Positions 60,924 through 64,000 of a stretch of 64,000 nucleotides of DNA are shown here, in pieces. Where the stretch lies: the NCBI GenBank assembly GCA_964247055.1, contig OZ176050.1:8618001-8682000 (forward strand), read 5' to 3'. The notes below the pieces were generated by a model. It saw only the letters and a program-made list of their open reading frames with translations. It was not told the origin of the DNA and did no database searches. The position numbers and the translations under genes were made by a program. The stretch's first letter is position 1. The number at the start of each line of letters is the position of its first letter. The DNA comes from Paragordius varius. Its lineage: Eukaryota > Animalia > Nematomorpha.

Positions 60924-62566
60924 AGGGCTTCTTAAACTTTTGTAGTCCCGACCCTTTTATTATTGCGAGTTTCTTAACGACCTTAACAAATATAAAAGAA
61001 AAATAATAGTTTCTTCGAAATAATACTTAGAAATTTTGTTGATAATATTTATCAGGATTATTTCGGTTTTGAGAGAATGACAAAAATAAATCCAAATTTT
61101 TATAAAACATTTTCTGATTCATAGTAAATTTATAAAAGGTACTAGCTGACTTCGGTGTGGCGTTGTCTCACCGATTATTTTTAATAATTCGGAATAGAGT
61201 TGATGGAGATAAAAAATAATAATAAACATATTTAATAAAAAGAATGTCTCTAATTATTCTTTTACGGGTTTTTGCATAGACTGAAATATTGTTTAATCGA
61301 AATCGACAATATTCTGTCCCTAATAGAAGTTAATATTCAACTATCATTGGATTTATTTTAAGATTTTCGTTTTACGAAATCATGGTTAAAAGTTCTAATT
61401 TTAAATTGTGTTCATAGAGCTGGGATCAAGGGATATAAAAGGCAAATCATTTGTGGTCCCTTTTTAAAAGAAAGAATGATATTATACAAACTCCCCAGAA
61501 ATGTGTTTAACTGAACTCGTATGGCTTCTTAAGTTTTTTGAAAATTAACTTCAAAACTACGCCTATTTTGTATGGCGTCTCAGTTTTAAACCGGTAGACC
61601 CCTACCCATAGACCTATATGGAAAAAGCGCTGAGTTGAATTCTTTGCCTTTATAGGGCAAATATTTGGAATCATCTTTGATACTATCGTTTCATGGTTCG
61701 AAAAAATACTTCAACACTAAATAATCGTTATATGATGGCGTTTTAGGGCATAAAGGCCCAAAATTAACTTCCAATAAAAAAACCCGACCCTAATTTTTAC
61801 CTAGTTACGAATATTTAAAGCTTTTAATGAGCTCATATGGCTTCATAAATTATCTGTAAATTGGCTCCAAAACAACGCAATTTCTATATAGTGGCGCAGT
61901 TTTAGCGGTTATCTGTTTACCCAGCAGTCAATATTAAAAAAAGGCAAGACTAAAATTTTGGCCTTTTAACGGAGAATAACTCGAATCATCAAAGAATTTT
62001 AACGGTCTCATACCCTGAGCAAAAAATATTTTAGTTTTTTTTTGAAAAAAATGGCATTTTACGGGGGGAACGGGTAAAAAGAGAGCCTAAATTAAAAAAG
62101 TAAGCCGACTAGGTTCTGCGCAATCGAAAATAATAAGAAATCGAATGGTCCAACGTTTTCCGGAAAATTGTCTTAAAGACACGATTTTTCTGGACTTCGG
62201 ATTTCAAAAAAAACCGTTTTTTACAGGGGGTGGGCCCGAATTGGGAGCCTAATTCAAAAAAAGGGCGAAGCTATTGTCGGGGCATTCATCAATGATTATA
62301 TTTTTTTGACATTTGGATTGAATGTAGTACCAGTTTTCCGGAAACAGATCACAAAGCCAGCATTTTTCATTTTTATAAATATATAGATTATAATGATCGG
62401 AATAGAAATGCTGTTATAAACAGTCTTTTTGAACCAGAAGATTTTATGATATATTCTACGATGATTGTTATCTTTCTTTATAACAATAATTTTACAAGTT
62501 AATTATTTTTATTACTCGCGACCCCATAATTATGCTAGGTCGTGACCCACAGTTTAAGAAGCCCCG
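60924..62566. mobile_element. hAT-type MITE interrupted by a Helitron-like element
   Basis: TIR AGGGCTTCTTAAACT / AGTTTAAGAAGCCCCG; flanks ACATAAAG (60916-60923) and ACTTAAAG (62567-62574), a 7/8 match to an 8-bp TSD. Confidence 0.65.
61142..62387 (-). mobile_element. Non-autonomous Helitron-like element (1.25 kb)
   Basis: Minus strand A|TCTATATATTTATAAAAATG ... hairpin CGGTG..CACCG ... CTAG|T; 5' part shared with 23538-23909. Confidence 0.75.
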
Positions 62567-63043
62567 ACTTAAAGAATAAACCGTATTTTACAATAAAATA
62601 TGACTTAGTTTATCGGTAAACCATATAATTGTACATACTCTCCCAAATCCAATTTAGTAAAAAATGCAAATATATATAAGGGATAATTGCAAGAACGAGG
62701 GCGTATTCGAAAAGTTGATATAATTGGGAGAGGATAATATTCAAATGTTTTAAAGTCGACCCAAATTTTTAAATAAATTTTCTATAAAATTGCCATCAAA
62801 ACATTCATTGACATAAATAATCCAAGTTAGGTTATGTAAACAACATGTACTCAAAATTATTATATGAAACTTAATTACCATAAATATCTTCCACAAAATA
62901 TTGGTTTCACAATTAGATATTTATTAAAATATACTATGCAAGATAAAAATATGTTTATTACAAATATTAATATGATTGTGTGCTCATCATTTGCACAAAT
63001 TTGGTTGCTGTTGTTTAATATGATGATAATAAAATATTTAAGC

Positions 63044-64000
63044 TCATGATCTCCAAAATCGAAAATCTATCGAAGGAATATCTTCACATCGTACAAATGG
63101 GTTTCTAAAATTGGTTTAAAAATGTTGTTTATTTTACAAAACAAAAATATTGAAAAAAAGTTCTTAAACACATACTCAAAACTTGGTTCAAGAAATACGT
63201 TTCGAGTGATAGTTGTAATGGTATCTGAGTTATCACACACTATTCGCGCAAGCGTGACTTTGCGGATTTCTTGTAATTGACCTTACAATAAAATATTTAT
63301 TGAGTGTATATTTAATTTTTTTCATATAGGGTAACGAGGACTAGGACATATCTGTATTAAAAGGTTAATATACATGCCAGGAGCCATGTATGTTAAATAT
63401 TTCATTAAACACTACTGTATTTTTTTTATACAATTGTCAAAAATTTAAGAAAAATAAAAATAAAAAATTTCATACATTTGAATTAAACACTCTTTTAGCC
63501 ATTATAACCTAAAGATATGGCCTTTCAATAATAGTGCTCGTTATTGTAAAAGGTATTTGGTTAACAAAAAGTTACTTGGAGTGAATGCATGTGTTATTAT
63601 TCCAGGTTCATTGTCGTTTTCATACCAAAAACGATCTCCAAACCGGAAATTCTTAAATTGGTTCCCTATGATACAAGAAAACGTGGGACCCAAAATACCA
63701 TCCGAATGTTCGTATTGAATCCTTGAGAATAAACGGGCCCTTCTATCCACGATTTCGGAAACACCGCCGACAAAAAGATCCACATCATCCACATGACTAG
63801 AGTATTATAATAAAAAATTTTTTTATAGAGACCTAAATCGTAAATCAGTCTCACTAAGTACCATTTTTAAATTATTTATAATAACAGTTAAAGTCAATTA
63901 ATTTGTTAGAATAATTGTTGTACTTGTAAACGGCGCGAAATCCATCTATGGCATTCGGTATGATTTGACCTCTCATATCATCCCAGTTACGAAACCTTCG
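63044..64000 (-). CDS. Animal heme peroxidase (peroxidase-cyclooxygenase superfamily), 3' exons only
   Basis: Exons >64000-63924, 63796-63576, 63281-63176, 63104-63044: [68 protein letters not shown]-stop. Confidence 0.88.

Overview
Very AT-rich eukaryotic (invertebrate animal-like) genomic DNA; the species cannot be identified from sequence alone. Hand-spliced gene models: HCF-1 (minus, runs off the left edge), a divergent PKA catalytic-subunit-like kinase, a DUF268 membrane protein, an SLC6 amino-acid-type transporter, DUS2, MZT2, ALG14, SYS1, CutA, aromatic-L-amino-acid decarboxylase (DDC), a previously unlisted two-exon secreted 8-cysteine peptide, and the 3' end of a heme peroxidase (runs off the right edge). 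Main surprises: (1) GT-AG micro-introns of 21-35 nt (five of 21-25 nt in CutA alone) coexisting with multi-kb introns; (2) a 3.2-kb near-perfect hairpin DNA transposon made of two divergent Tc1-like DD34E transposase copies (one intact, one frameshifted), inside a DUS2 intron, with a family of MITEs sharing its ends; (3) six alternating-strand genes packed with 0, 21, 10 and 143 nt gaps and one 14-nt coding overlap; (4) several long introns are largely filled by fold-back elements. No rRNA, tRNA or CRISPR array was seen. All exon coordinates were read by eye and need RNA-seq confirmation.
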